Below are positions 40,771 through 51,003 of a stretch of 64,000 nucleotides of DNA, one piece after another. The notes under the pieces are model-generated. The model ran no database searches and had not been told where the DNA came from. It saw nothing but the letters and a program-made list of their open reading frames with translations. Position 1 is the first letter of the stretch. Every line of letters begins with the position of its first letter. The translations under genes were made by a program, and so were the position numbers. Source of the stretch: a virus; IMG/VR virus record IMGVR_UViG_3300043466_003163, positions 24,590 to 88,589 of that record; one strand, given 5' to 3'.

Positions 40771-42408
40771 TTAAAGCATATTACCTTTAGTCATTTCTAA
40801 GAATTTGTTAAAATCTTCTACACCTTTTTCATCTAAATTTTTAGTACTTATAGATAACATAACTAAACTACCATTACCCTCCCTATACATATCCATTGCA
40901 ACATCTAAATTAAATTTAGTGATTGGGTTTTCAGTTAAATTAAGTAAGAAAAGATTTGTTAATTTTTCATACCCCCTTAATGGTACTTCTTTTATATTAT
41001 TATTTTTTGCGATAAACACGTTAAAATTTTCGTGATTCGGTAAATACTCTATTGGTGGTAGCCTTTTTAAATCACAATTATTTGCATTAAGTCTCTCTAA
41101 TTTATGGAATTTAGATAAATCAGGTATTTCTTTTATAGATAGTCCTGAGAAATCTAAAGAAGTAGTATTATCAGAATCTAAGTAATCTATGATATTTACT
41201 TCTTCTGTGTTTTGCATTAACCATTGTAAATATTTATTACTTTGTAAAGGACCTTTTGTTTGTGATGCCATCTTTTTTATATTGTTAACACCCTCTTGAT
41301 AAATTTCAGGTGAAATAACATCCCCAACACTACCACCAAACATATTTAGATATTTTATGTAACTACTATCCATTAATCCAGTACCTTTTTTAACATCCAT
41401 TTCAGTTAACTTACCTAACTCTTTATTAAAGAATGTTTTTAAACCAGGAAATCTATTAAGTACCTCTGATAATTTACCACTTCTTTCTATTGAGCTATTA
41501 TTTTTATCATGTAACTGATTAGATTCGAAATGGAATTGTAATGGGTATAAATTTCCTTCATCATCACCATCAAATAGTTTTTTTGGCATAATTACATAGT
41601 ATTCAGATAAAGAACCATCAGGTTTAGGATTATTTCTTCTATAAGATTCAAAATAACTATTACCTTCCCTTCTTGTACACCAAGAAGCTAAAGGTCCTAA
41701 TGGATCACAACTCGATTCTATTGTTAATGGTGTATAAACTAAAACATCGTTATCTCTATACACTAATTTAGCTTCACCTAAATCAATATATTTTTTAAGT
41801 TTTTTCCATAATCTACTTTCACCTTCTTCACTGTCTTCTTCATCTTCAGAACCAACAAAAGGACTAACTACTGAATATAAATGTGCTAAATCATTATACT
41901 GATTAATATTTGTTACATCTTGAGGTGCATTAGGTCTATTAGGCGCACTTCTTTTAAATACTTTTTTATTTTTAACTGAATCAAATACTGTTAAAAATTC
42001 ATTTGCTTCTGGTAAATCTTCCGTTAAAAATCTAATCGCTTGATCAACATCACCTTCATTAATATGTCTCATAAATACTTGTATCATCCATTGTACATAT
42101 TGTTTATTAGATGACGGATCTGCCTCAACTATGTCATTAAAAATATGTTCACTTAACTTTACTGATTGTTTTCCTTTTTTGTTTTTTACAATATATGCTA
42201 TATCTACACCATTATGATCTTCTATTGGTTCTATAATAGGTTTATTTGGCTTCATTCCACCTGAAGTTCTTTTGTCATCCTTTTCATCTTCTCCATCTAC
42301 CGCATCATCTAATAGTTTAGGATCAATAACATTTTGTGTTTTTAAATACTGAACTCTATCTTCTTTTAATAAAATTCTATACTGATTTTCAGTTATAATA
42401 TATTTCAT
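40771..42408 (-). CDS. Leader-bearing protein with WCT-motif domain and C-terminal leucine-rich repeats
   Basis: MKYIITENQYRILLKE; ASWCT, LQFHFESNQ; LxxLxxxNN repeats. Confidence 0.7.
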   Translation of the reverse strand: MKYIITENQYRILLKEDRVQYLKTQNVIDPKLLDDAVDGEDEKDDKRTSGGMKPNKPIIEPIEDHNGVDIAYIVKNKKGKQSVKLSEHIFNDIVEADPSSNKQYVQWMIQVFMRHINEGDVDQAIRFLTEDLPEANEFLTVFDSVKNKKVFKRSAPNRPNAPQDVTNINQYNDLAHLYSVVSPFVGSEDEEDSEEGESRLWKKLKKYIDLGEAKLVYRDNDVLVYTPLTIESSCDPLGPLASWCTRREGNSYFESYRRNNPKPDGSLSEYYVIMPKKLFDGDDEGNLYPLQFHFESNQLHDKNNSSIERSGKLSEVLNRFPGLKTFFNKELGKLTEMDVKKGTGLMDSSYIKYLNMFGGSVGDVISPEIYQEGVNNIKKMASQTKGPLQSNKYLQWLMQNTEEVNIIDYLDSDNTTSLDFSGLSIKEIPDLSKFHKLERLNANNCDLKRLPPIEYLPNHENFNVFIAKNNNIKEVPLRGYEKLTNLFLLNLTENPITKFNLDVAMDMYREGNGSLVMLSISTKNLDEKGVEDFNKFLEMTKGNML

Positions 42409-42448
42409 ATCTTATTTTTTTATATAAATATTACAAATTTTTAAAAAA

Positions 42449-43300
42449 TTATTCTACCATATCAGATCTAACCCACCCACTCGTATAATCACCAACTTTC
42501 TTTTCTAATGTTACTTTATACCATTTATTTCCTTCTCCATCTATTTTAACTTCACTAACCTTACCTATTTTATCGGGAATAGATATTTTAGTAACTCTAT
42601 CACTTTCTCTGTCTGCTTTTGCTCTGACATTAACATATCCATCACCACTTTTTTTAGGGTATACTACTTTACCGATTAAATTAGATTTAGAACTTATTTT
42701 TTCAGTAGATTTATTTCCTTTATTACCTTTTGGTATGTATTTACCTAAAATATAGTCATGAATTCTTTTTGCGGATTCTTTCCTAATATCAATAGTACCA
42801 TCACAATCCCCACATCTTTCTACTAAGGTTGCAAACTTAACCGCCTTTTTTTGTACAGTATCAGCCTTCATTGCGGAATTAAAGTTTTTTACTTCATATT
42901 CGTCAGAAGATTTTATATCTTTAGGTAAATTTGGTATGTGTTTACCATTATTTAACTTATATCCGTCTATTAATTCTAATTTTATGAAATCTAATTGAGT
43001 ATTTTCACTAGACCATTTAGATTCTTTATGTATTGCAAAATTAATTAATGCCTTTTTTCTATCACCCAACCATTGCATCAACCCTATAGCACCATTAGGA
43101 CTCTGTATTGATGCATCAAATTGGGATTCTGCCCACATATTACCAGCCATTGCACATGCATGATCAGCACTAAAACCTCTAGAAGATAATTTTTTAACGA
43201 TACTTACTGCCTTATCTAAATATTCATCAGTAATAATTTCTTGTTTAGTTTCAAACAACAATACTTTTTTTAATTGTGTTTCTGTTATAATAATACGCAT
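42449..43300 (-). CDS. Phage tail-lysozyme-like muramidase with C-terminal SH3b
   Basis: AGNMWAES, GAIGLMQW..DR; VNVRAK...WYKV...GWVRSD; leader MRIIITETQLKKVLLFE. Confidence 0.8.
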   Translation of the reverse strand: MRIIITETQLKKVLLFETKQEIITDEYLDKAVSIVKKLSSRGFSADHACAMAGNMWAESQFDASIQSPNGAIGLMQWLGDRKKALINFAIHKESKWSSENTQLDFIKLELIDGYKLNNGKHIPNLPKDIKSSDEYEVKNFNSAMKADTVQKKAVKFATLVERCGDCDGTIDIRKESAKRIHDYILGKYIPKGNKGNKSTEKISSKSNLIGKVVYPKKSGDGYVNVRAKADRESDRVTKISIPDKIGKVSEVKIDGEGNKWYKVTLEKKVGDYTSGWVRSDMVE

Positions 43301-43341
43301 TTCATCTATTTATTAATAAATATAGTATTTTTTTGTCTTTT

Positions 43342-43740
43342 ATGAAAAAACCTGTCAAAAATAGTAAAAAAGTTAGTAAAAAAGAAATTTTTTTGACGCA
43401 AATTAAAAAAGAAATTAGGAAAATATGTAAAAAATACCCCAAAATCAAACAAAAAATCAAAAATATTACTGATTTAGAGAAAAAATTGTATTATGCTATG
43501 GTTTGGGAGGTTACTGAAAGTCAACCATTGTTTATTTTGGAGAATTTCGATAAGAGGGGTTGGAAAAACTATCATTTAGATCATATTTACCCTATATCTA
43601 TGGGATATAAAGAGCAAATAGCCCCAGAAAAGATCGGAAATATTAAAAATTTAAGATTTATTCATTATGAGGAAAACTTAAAAAAGGGATCTAAAATTAC
43701 AAACGATTCTAAAAAATCATTAAAAAGATTAATAAAATAA
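43342..43740 (+). CDS. HNH endonuclease-like protein
   Basis: YHLDHIYPIS...NLRFI...ENLKKG. Confidence 0.65.
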   Translation: MKKPVKNSKKVSKKEIFLTQIKKEIRKICKKYPKIKQKIKNITDLEKKLYYAMVWEVTESQPLFILENFDKRGWKNYHLDHIYPISMGYKEQIAPEKIGNIKNLRFIHYEENLKKGSKITNDSKKSLKRLIK

Positions 43741-43762
43741 AATCCCTATTTTTAGTTTAAAA

Positions 43763-43951
43763 TTAGAAAAGTTTTTTAGCTTTTTCGACTAAATCTGCTT
43801 TTTGTGCCTCTAATAAAGATAGTTTATTTTTTTGTTCTTTATTTAATTCCATACCAGCAGCTTCAGATTTTATATCTGCAATTTTAGCATCTAATTTATC
43901 GTGTGCCAATAAAATTGAGTGGTACATTCTTGCTTTTTCTTCGTTATTCAT
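43763..43951 (-). CDS. Small helical protein
   Basis: 62-aa ORF. Confidence 0.6.
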   Translation of the reverse strand: MNNEEKARMYHSILLAHDKLDAKIADIKSEAAGMELNKEQKNKLSLLEAQKADLVEKAKKLF

Positions 43952-43972
43952 AATTTTAATTTTAAAACTTTG

Positions 43973-44488
43973 TTATTGGTTATTAAATCCTAGTCTATTT
44001 CTAAATCTACCATGTACTTTAACCATCATTAAAGCTAAAGGTTCCATTTTTTCAGTTAATTCATCGATAATATTTAAAATTTCCGAAATTAGTTCATCTT
44101 CATTCATTTCTACACCTATTCCTAAACCTTGATTATATATTAATCTTAATTGTTTTTGAAACTTTTGTAAAGCTTTAAGATAATTTAAAACTAATAAATA
44201 AAAATCTGTGTCAACAAAAATTTCGTCCTTATAAGAATTAATCATATCTATATCACTAGTTAGTTTATTTGAAATGTTTTCACAAAAAGCTAAATAATTT
44301 TCTTTTCTTAAATTTTTTTCTTTAGTATTCATTAAAAATGATCCTATAATCTCACTAAGAGTATTAAATTGTATAAAAATAGTAGATTGTATTTGTGAGG
44401 CATGTTCTCCCATAGATGTTTGATCATCATAACCACCTATTTCGTTTATCAATCTTTTTAATTGATTCTCATTTATTTTTATTTTCAT
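43973..44488 (-). CDS. Leader-bearing helical protein
   Basis: MKIKINENQLKRLINE. Confidence 0.7.
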   Translation of the reverse strand: MKIKINENQLKRLINEIGGYDDQTSMGEHASQIQSTIFIQFNTLSEIIGSFLMNTKEKNLRKENYLAFCENISNKLTSDIDMINSYKDEIFVDTDFYLLVLNYLKALQKFQKQLRLIYNQGLGIGVEMNEDELISEILNIIDELTEKMEPLALMMVKVHGRFRNRLGFNNQ

Positions 44489-44527
44489 ATTTTTTATTTA
44501 ATAAATATAATTTTTTTTATTAAAAAA

Positions 44528-44558
44528 TTTGGTAATTAAAAAAAAAGTGTTATATTTG
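44528..44558 (+). promoter_or_regulatory. Bacteroidota primary-sigma promoter (-33 TTTG / -7 TAnnTTTG)
   Basis: TTTG-N19-TATATTTG upstream of 44578. Confidence 0.75.
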
Positions 44559-44577
44559 TCTATATAAATCAAACAAA

Positions 44578-45072
44578 ATGAAAACTATTTTAATTTTATT
44601 ATCTACTTTAACTTTAACATTTTTAAGTTATAGTCAAAAAAAATCTCTTTTTGAATGGCCTATAGTTGATGAGTCTATTGATATTTACGAAGCTAAAAAA
44701 GAGGGTTTTGCAATGTCATTTAATGAATCGAATTCTTACGTATATAGAGGTAAAGTAGATTTGAGTGAACTATATAGTATCGAATCAGACATTGAATTGG
44801 GTACGTCAACCGTTAACTACTTTTATTTTTTCGATATTAAAAAGAAAAAAGTTACTGTTTTAGAAAATCGTAATATGGTTTACAAATACAATAAATTAAA
44901 AGTTAAAGATAAAGAAGGTATATTAGTTTTTAAAAGAAAATATCGTAAAAATATCATTGAGATTCGTGTTGATTTAATAAATAATGTATTTCAAATATCA
45001 GAATACAATAAAAAATTAAAAATAAATAATGTTAGTGTTTCTTTAGATATTGCCTTTTACCCTAAAAAATAA
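44578..45072 (+). CDS. Secreted hypothetical protein
   Basis: Signal MKTILILLSTLTLTFLSYS|Q. Confidence 0.7.
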   Translation: MKTILILLSTLTLTFLSYSQKKSLFEWPIVDESIDIYEAKKEGFAMSFNESNSYVYRGKVDLSELYSIESDIELGTSTVNYFYFFDIKKKKVTVLENRNMVYKYNKLKVKDKEGILVFKRKYRKNIIEIRVDLINNVFQISEYNKKLKINNVSVSLDIAFYPKK

Positions 45073-45098
45073 AACCGATGATTACTCATCGGTTTTTT
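45071..45098. terminator. Bidirectional terminator between convergent genes
   Basis: AAAACCGATGA-TTAC-TCATCGGTTTT. Confidence 0.75.
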
Positions 45099-45258
45099 CC
45101 ACTTCAGCAATTTCTAAGTCTCTATTTTTTAATTTTTCTAATTCTTGTGTGAAATACTCATTAAATTTTTTCTGAACAAATTTTTGTTCTGATTTAATTC
45201 TTTCTGTTCTAGCCCTAGATTTTTGTTTTTGATTTTTTCTATGTTTACTTTTTGGCAT
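45082..45258 (-). CDS. Small basic protein (58 aa, not in ORF track)
   Basis: MPKSKHRKNQKQKSRARTERIK... Confidence 0.65.
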   Translation of the reverse strand: MPKSKHRKNQKQKSRARTERIKSEQKFVQKKFNEYFTQELEKLKNRDLEIAEVEKTDE

Positions 45259-45318
45259 AATTAATATTTTTATAAGTAATAATAATGATATTTTACTACA
45301 ATGTCAATATTTATTAAT

Positions 45319-45720
45319 ATGAAATTTTTAGATATCTTATCAGAAAATACAAACATTTCTTTTAAAAATAAATGTAATATAACGATAATAAATTCCAAAG
45401 GAAAAGAAATTACCGTTGATTGTGAAATACCTAAAACACAGGAAGAGAAATCTATTGGATTAATGTATAGAGACAATCTTTGTGATAATTGTGGGATGTT
45501 TTATGATGAAGTTAATAGTGGTTTTTGGATGAAAAATGTTAAATTCCCATTAGATATGATTTTTGCAAAAAATGGTATTATAGTAGATATTAAAAAAGCA
45601 TTACCTAATGACCCAACAATTATTTCACCTTCAGAAGATTCTGATTGGAATTTAGAAGTTAATGAAGGTTTTTGTGAAAAAAATAATATATCTTTGGGGG
45701 ATAAAATCTATAGATCGTAA
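45319..45720 (+). CDS. DUF192-family protein with short leader
   Basis: GLMYRD, GMF, FWMKNV.FPLDMIF, LEVN.GF; start MKFLDILSE behind TATTTAT. Confidence 0.8.
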   Translation: MKFLDILSENTNISFKNKCNITIINSKGKEITVDCEIPKTQEEKSIGLMYRDNLCDNCGMFYDEVNSGFWMKNVKFPLDMIFAKNGIIVDIKKALPNDPTIISPSEDSDWNLEVNEGFCEKNNISLGDKIYRS

Positions 45721-46721
45721 ATATCTGGATTCATCTCACCAAACTTTCTAACTAAAGAACCCGCTTTAGCATTCGCCTCATCTTCCCAAGGAGATCCTGT
45801 TTCACCTTCTTCTGGGTTACCTCTTAAATCGCCTCTACTATTTTGTTGATGGTGTACCATTTCATGTCCGATGGATCTAATAATATCCGCATCCGCCCTA
45901 TTTTTAGTTAAAATAGTTATTTTATTTTTATCTATGTTGTAATTACCCAAAGTATCTAATTCATCCCCACTATCAACCAAATCAACTTTAAAATCATCCC
46001 CTAATGAAAGTTCAGATTTGGCGAATTCAATAAAATCATCAATTACCCCTTCATTCATTATAGATATATTTTTTTCCTCAGATAGATTTTTAACAATTTC
46101 AGGTAATTTATTAAAAAATTGGGTTAGTACATAATCCATACTATTACCATCACTAACATTGAAATCTTTATCTAATAGTTTCATAATAACTATCCTATTT
46201 GATGGGTTATTACAAACACCAACCCTATATCCCTTATTTAAGACATCCCAATGAAAATAACAATTAAACCCCCTTAAAAAATCTGATGTTAGTTTTAATG
46301 ATTTAAATCTAAAATACCATTCACCTGAGTCACCCATTTCATCGTCATAACCTAATTCACCTGAGTCAACTAAGGTATTTAACCATTCATATATTATCTC
46401 ATGATAAAATTCATCGTAATCATATTGATATTGAGGTTTTTCTACTCTATAATAATAATAATCACCATCTTCGTCTTCTTCGTAATCCCAACCTAATTTT
46501 CTAAATTCATCTTCAGAATTTATTAGGTTTTGTGTCTCACTATCTAGTATACCTAAATCTTCCATTTCACCAATACTACCGAAACTAACTAATTCATCTG
46601 TTTTTTCTTCTATATAGAAACTGGATAATATGGTAGATACTATTTTATCTAGATAGTTTTTTAATTTAATATTTTCTACCTCTTCTTTTAAAATATGTTT
46701 TATAATTTTTTTCATGCCCAA
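45708..46721 (-). CDS. Leader-bearing protein with C-terminal zincin (HExxH) peptidase-like domain
   Basis: MKKIIKHILKEE; IGHEMVHHQQ...EDEANAKAG. Confidence 0.7.
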   Translation of the reverse strand: MGMKKIIKHILKEEVENIKLKNYLDKIVSTILSSFYIEEKTDELVSFGSIGEMEDLGILDSETQNLINSEDEFRKLGWDYEEDEDGDYYYYRVEKPQYQYDYDEFYHEIIYEWLNTLVDSGELGYDDEMGDSGEWYFRFKSLKLTSDFLRGFNCYFHWDVLNKGYRVGVCNNPSNRIVIMKLLDKDFNVSDGNSMDYVLTQFFNKLPEIVKNLSEEKNISIMNEGVIDDFIEFAKSELSLGDDFKVDLVDSGDELDTLGNYNIDKNKITILTKNRADADIIRSIGHEMVHHQQNSRGDLRGNPEEGETGSPWEDEANAKAGSLVRKFGEMNPDIYDL

Positions 46722-47188
46722 CTGTATGAATTTATGAAATATTTGTTATCTGCAACACCTAAAACTTTAATTTTGTCTATACCGACTATAACATTTAATT
46801 TACTACCATTTTCCCACTCAACCATTAAATGATCCTCACCAAAAGTATATACTGTACTAATATTTCTAACCACACCTTTAGTTCCTGGTTCGATAGGGTT
46901 AGGATCATCAATCATTTCAACCATTTCTATAGTGTCTCCAGGAAGTGCCATACTACCATTACCATAGTTTTTCCTAATCCAATTCTTAATTAACCAAAAA
47001 AAATCTTCACTATCTATTTCTATCCCATAATTATTTACTAAGTCTAGTGAAATATCTTTTTTTGCAATGTTTAATAAATTTTCATAGAGATAAAAGTTTC
47101 CAAAGTTAGATGAATTATTAGGGTAGGTACCTCTATTGTAGTCTTTATTTAAAAAGTCTAATATTTTATTTAGGTATTCTTTTTTCAT
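46712..47188 (-). CDS. Protein with C-terminal DUF4314-like domain
   Basis: GDTIEMVEM.DDP.PIEPGTKGVV...VEWENGS.L. Confidence 0.65.
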   Translation of the reverse strand: MKKEYLNKILDFLNKDYNRGTYPNNSSNFGNFYLYENLLNIAKKDISLDLVNNYGIEIDSEDFFWLIKNWIRKNYGNGSMALPGDTIEMVEMIDDPNPIEPGTKGVVRNISTVYTFGEDHLMVEWENGSKLNVIVGIDKIKVLGVADNKYFINSYSWA

Positions 47189-47189
47189 T

Positions 47190-47831
47190 TTATAATGGAT
47201 TATATTCACCCATTTTAAACGGTTCTAAAATTGGATTAATTGCATGTAATGAATAACTACCATCTGGTCTATATTCAGCATAAACAAATTCCGCCCCCAA
47301 TACTTTATTACTACCATCAGCAGTATAAAAATAATCAGAAATAAATGGGTTGTATTTTATTTCTTCTGCTATACCTTTTAATGTAATTGGGTCATCAGGT
47401 AATTCTTGAACTACACCACCGACACCGACAACTTGTTCTCTATCAGCCATTTCACCTTCATCTCTAGTAGTTCTCATAATTTCATGATAACCAGGACTTA
47501 TATCGAAATTAATGTCACCCCCTAAAAGAATATCATTAGTATAACCTATAATCCCAGCTTTTTGATTCTTTCTACCCGTTTTAGTTCTACCATAAACCCC
47601 AAACGCACCATTCTTATTATGTTTTATATTATGTCTATTGGTGTGGAACCACACTTCCTTACCTATTAATTCAGGAGAATCACCTTCTAAATAACCATGT
47701 TGTGCTTTTGAAGCAACTACTGGATCTATCATATTTTCATGCCATGGTGGTGTTTCATTCAGTAAGTTACCTCTCATTTCCATAAGAAGATTTACTTTTT
47801 TAATATTATATTTTTTGTCTTTAGTTCTCAT
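47190..47831 (-). CDS. Leader-bearing hypothetical protein
   Basis: ..NLLME..LLNE; YNPF motif; late motif upstream. Confidence 0.65.
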   Translation of the reverse strand: MRTKDKKYNIKKVNLLMEMRGNLLNETPPWHENMIDPVVASKAQHGYLEGDSPELIGKEVWFHTNRHNIKHNKNGAFGVYGRTKTGRKNQKAGIIGYTNDILLGGDINFDISPGYHEIMRTTRDEGEMADREQVVGVGGVVQELPDDPITLKGIAEEIKYNPFISDYFYTADGSNKVLGAEFVYAEYRPDGSYSLHAINPILEPFKMGEYNPL

Positions 47832-47855
47832 AATTTATAAATATAAAAATTTTCA

Positions 47856-48782
47856 TTAATGGTTATATATTCTATCACTTAATATATCATTAAAATAATT
47901 CCAATTAATGTCACCGTTTCCACCATATCTAAAATGTTTATCCGTATTAATACGTATTAGGTCTTCAGGAAAAAAATAATTACTTGTACCGTAATATCCA
48001 TCAGATTCTCTACTTTTTATGTCGTAAAATATATCATCAAAAGAACTTGGGTATCCACTTGATAAATAATCATCTAATAACTCCCCAAAATGTTCTGAAT
48101 TAACCAAATCACCAATTTCCACACTACCCCTATATTCAAAACCACTATTAGTAGTTATAAGTTTTCCAACAAAATTAGATAAATAATTTTCAACCCCATC
48201 TATAAAATCTGAATGTAGGTAATCTATATCTGCATGAAATTGAGCGTCTCCTGCAGCACAACCTATTTCAGTTCCATATTCCTCCTCAATAAATTCCATA
48301 AAATCTTCTTTACTACCTTCCCCATCTAAATCTTCTAAATATTTTTCTTTTAACATTTTCATGTTATCTGAATCAATTTTACTTATCAACCAAGAATCTG
48401 TATCAAAACAATCATAATCGTACCCATAATCATATTCACCATCAAAATAATCTTTTACCATTTTTCTAATATCATAATCTCTATCCTCATAAAATAAATT
48501 AGATAAATCTTCAGAATCTAATGTAAAATCAATGTAAAAAGGTGCCCTATTTTCGTGTTCTGTTAAATACTTATAAACAATATTATATTCTTTTTCGGAA
48601 CCCTCAAAGTCATCATCTGAGTCTAAATTTAAGTCTTTAAGTACCCCAAATATATTTGACGGATCAGCATCAAAAATATTAAATATTTTTTCATAAACTT
48701 TTTTAGGGAAAATATCATCTTTACGGTAATCTAAATCATCATTTTCTACCTCATCAAACTCTCTAAATAATATTCTTTTCAT
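47856..48782 (-). CDS. Highly acidic hypothetical protein
   Basis: MKRILFRE then D/E/Y/F-rich body. Confidence 0.7.
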   Translation of the reverse strand: MKRILFREFDEVENDDLDYRKDDIFPKKVYEKIFNIFDADPSNIFGVLKDLNLDSDDDFEGSEKEYNIVYKYLTEHENRAPFYIDFTLDSEDLSNLFYEDRDYDIRKMVKDYFDGEYDYGYDYDCFDTDSWLISKIDSDNMKMLKEKYLEDLDGEGSKEDFMEFIEEEYGTEIGCAAGDAQFHADIDYLHSDFIDGVENYLSNFVGKLITTNSGFEYRGSVEIGDLVNSEHFGELLDDYLSSGYPSSFDDIFYDIKSRESDGYYGTSNYFFPEDLIRINTDKHFRYGGNGDINWNYFNDILSDRIYNH

Positions 48783-49363
48783 ATATTTGCGTAATCTATT
48801 AAATCAATTAATTCATTTTTTATAAATAAATAGTCATTTTCTGTTAATGTATCTGTAATATCATAACTAGTCTCACTATGTGCATCATGTATTTTTAACT
48901 TGTGCCATTTGATAAATTTTTTAAAACTATCCATATCATTTAAATCTACAATTTTTAATCCTGAATTCTCATTACGGAAATTTCTCATATCTATTTTATA
49001 AGAAGGGTAATTAGAAAATTGGAAAAACTCATCGAATAATATATTTGGTAGTCTATAAATAGTATTTTCTCTTTTTAAACCATACGAAATTAAATCATAG
49101 ACTTTTTCTGCACTTTCGTAGTCTAACCCAAATGAGTGTATAAGGTATTCCACAATAATTTCATTAAAATACCCACCTTTTTTTAATTGTATATTTATAC
49201 CACTTCTAGAATCAGGTTCTATAATCTTACCATCGGAACCCCAAATATTTGTTTTAACTTTACCATCATATAAATAAAATTCATCTCTAACTAAATCATA
49301 AACTTTATTTATAACTTTTTCGTTTGAGTATTCTAGAAGTATTCTTTTTATTTTTAATGACAT
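48779..49363 (-). CDS. Leader-bearing hypothetical protein
   Basis: MSLKIKRILLE; divergent YGL-module-like segment. Confidence 0.65.
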   Translation of the reverse strand: MSLKIKRILLEYSNEKVINKVYDLVRDEFYLYDGKVKTNIWGSDGKIIEPDSRSGINIQLKKGGYFNEIIVEYLIHSFGLDYESAEKVYDLISYGLKRENTIYRLPNILFDEFFQFSNYPSYKIDMRNFRNENSGLKIVDLNDMDSFKKFIKWHKLKIHDAHSETSYDITDTLTENDYLFIKNELIDLIDYANI

Positions 49364-49419
49364 TTAATTTTATTTATAAATATACTTTAAGATTAATAAA
49401 TTTTTTTTAAATTTGTATT

Positions 49420-49692
49420 ATGGAAAGAAAAAAAGTTAAAAATGTAGTATTATCTTCTGAAGAGATTAAAAAAAGAGAGGAGAGTGGAGAAGAAAAAAAA
49501 TCTATATTCCTTAATTCAGGTAATGACACTAAAATAAGATGGGATAAAGTTAAAGGTATTAATGGTAAAATAGTTAGATTTAAAACTGGTGATAAAAATA
49601 GGAAGGAAGAATTAGATAAAAAAAAATACCGCCAATTATATGTAGGAATTGACGGTAATGATTTATATCTTTATTATGAAATTATAGAGTAA
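49420..49692 (+). CDS. Hypothetical protein behind host-type promoter
   Basis: TAAATTTG at 49408-49415. Confidence 0.6.
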   Translation: MERKKVKNVVLSSEEIKKREESGEEKKSIFLNSGNDTKIRWDKVKGINGKIVRFKTGDKNRKEELDKKKYRQLYVGIDGNDLYLYYEIIE

Positions 49693-49693
49693 T

Positions 49694-50092
49694 TTATCTA
49701 GTTCTATTATTGTCTCTTTCTGAACTTACAGAATTATCTAAATCCTCTATTATAATGTCATTTGTATCTATAACCATTTGGTAAGCCTCTAAAGCATCTG
49801 CAATATGTTTAGACAATCTTTCATAAGATTGATTAGTCATACTAGATTTATTAGATTTATCTAAAATTCTTTCTAATTCTAACATAGTCTCCTCTAATTC
49901 TTCATTTAAATCTTTTAATGATCCAGTTAATTCATACGCATATTTAGTATAACTATAACCAGTTCCTTTAAACATACCACCTATACCTTTTATTGATGAA
50001 GCTAACCCCTCATCAACTTTAGAATTTTCAACTATTCTTTTAAGTTCAGAATTTGATAATTTTATTACCTTACCATTTTTTTTAATTTTCAT
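49694..50092 (-). CDS. Leader-bearing helical protein
   Basis: MKIKKNGKVIKLSNSELKRIVENSKVDE. Confidence 0.7.
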   Translation of the reverse strand: MKIKKNGKVIKLSNSELKRIVENSKVDEGLASSIKGIGGMFKGTGYSYTKYAYELTGSLKDLNEELEETMLELERILDKSNKSSMTNQSYERLSKHIADALEAYQMVIDTNDIIIEDLDNSVSSERDNNRTR

Positions 50093-50181
50093 AATCTTTT
50101 TTTATTATAAATATATTATTTTAAATAAAAATTTTTTAATTAAATTTTTTTTTGTATATTTGCATATAAAATTAAGTAATT

Positions 50182-50583
50182 ATGATTTTTAATTTCACAC
50201 AACCAAAAATAGAGGGAGATATTAAATGTAGTGGTGATTGCATGATTAGGGCTGTAACTAATATTAGTAAGGAAAACTATTCAAAGGTACATAAACTTAT
50301 GTATAATAATGGATGGAGAGCCTCACGTAAAAACTCTAAGGGTGATTGGGAATCCCACATTACTAAAACATTAAAGGAATTAGGAATTAATTATGAAAGA
50401 GTTTCATTTCCTGGTGTTAAAGGTGAAAAGCGTATGACAGCCAAAACTTTAGCAAAAATTGATCCTAATGGTCGATATATAATTAGGGTATCCAAACATG
50501 TTGCAGCTTTAGATAGTGGTAAATTGTTAGATACTTGGGATTGTTCAGATAAATGTATATATTTCGCATGGAAAATAAAATAA
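50182..50583 (+). CDS. Papain/C39-like fold phage protein
   Basis: GDCMIRA...HVAAL...DTWD (Cys-His-Asp); TATATTTG upstream. Confidence 0.55.
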   Translation: MIFNFTQPKIEGDIKCSGDCMIRAVTNISKENYSKVHKLMYNNGWRASRKNSKGDWESHITKTLKELGINYERVSFPGVKGEKRMTAKTLAKIDPNGRYIIRVSKHVAALDSGKLLDTWDCSDKCIYFAWKIK

Positions 50584-50768
50584 AAAAATGTTGTAAAGAA
50601 TGTCCTTGGGTTGTTAAAAATAAAAATAACGATTCGATCACTAGTCACTCAAAAAAGCTTAATAAAAGACATAATTGTCATATGTTAATTAAAAATAAAG
50701 ATATTAAATTATGGGATACATTCCCAAAATTCCAGTGTGTAGGTAATAAATTATTTTTAGATAATTAA
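50568..50768 (+). CDS. Small Cys-rich metal-binding protein
   Basis: CCKECPW...HNCHM...QCVG. Confidence 0.55.
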   Translation: MENKIKKCCKECPWVVKNKNNDSITSHSKKLNKRHNCHMLIKNKDIKLWDTFPKFQCVGNKLFLDN

Positions 50769-51001
50769 TATCTACCTGAGATATATATAAATAAAACTTC
50801 AGGTATTTTAACACATTGAGTATGCCATCCGTTTCTATCGTAACACCCCATAACTTCTAAACTCCTAACTATATTTTTAATTTCTCTAGGGGCTTTAGCA
50901 GTCACATTTTCAATATATTGTTTATTGTATAATTTTTCTGAGTCATAATAAGACTCATTTAATATTTTTTTTAACTGATTTTCTGTTAAAATGATTTTCA
51001 T
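50765..51001 (-). CDS. Leader-bearing small protein
   Basis: MKIILTENQLKKILNES. Confidence 0.7.
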   Translation of the reverse strand: MKIILTENQLKKILNESYYDSEKLYNKQYIENVTAKAPREIKNIVRSLEVMGCYDRNGWHTQCVKIPEVLFIYISGRY

Positions 51002-51003
51002 AG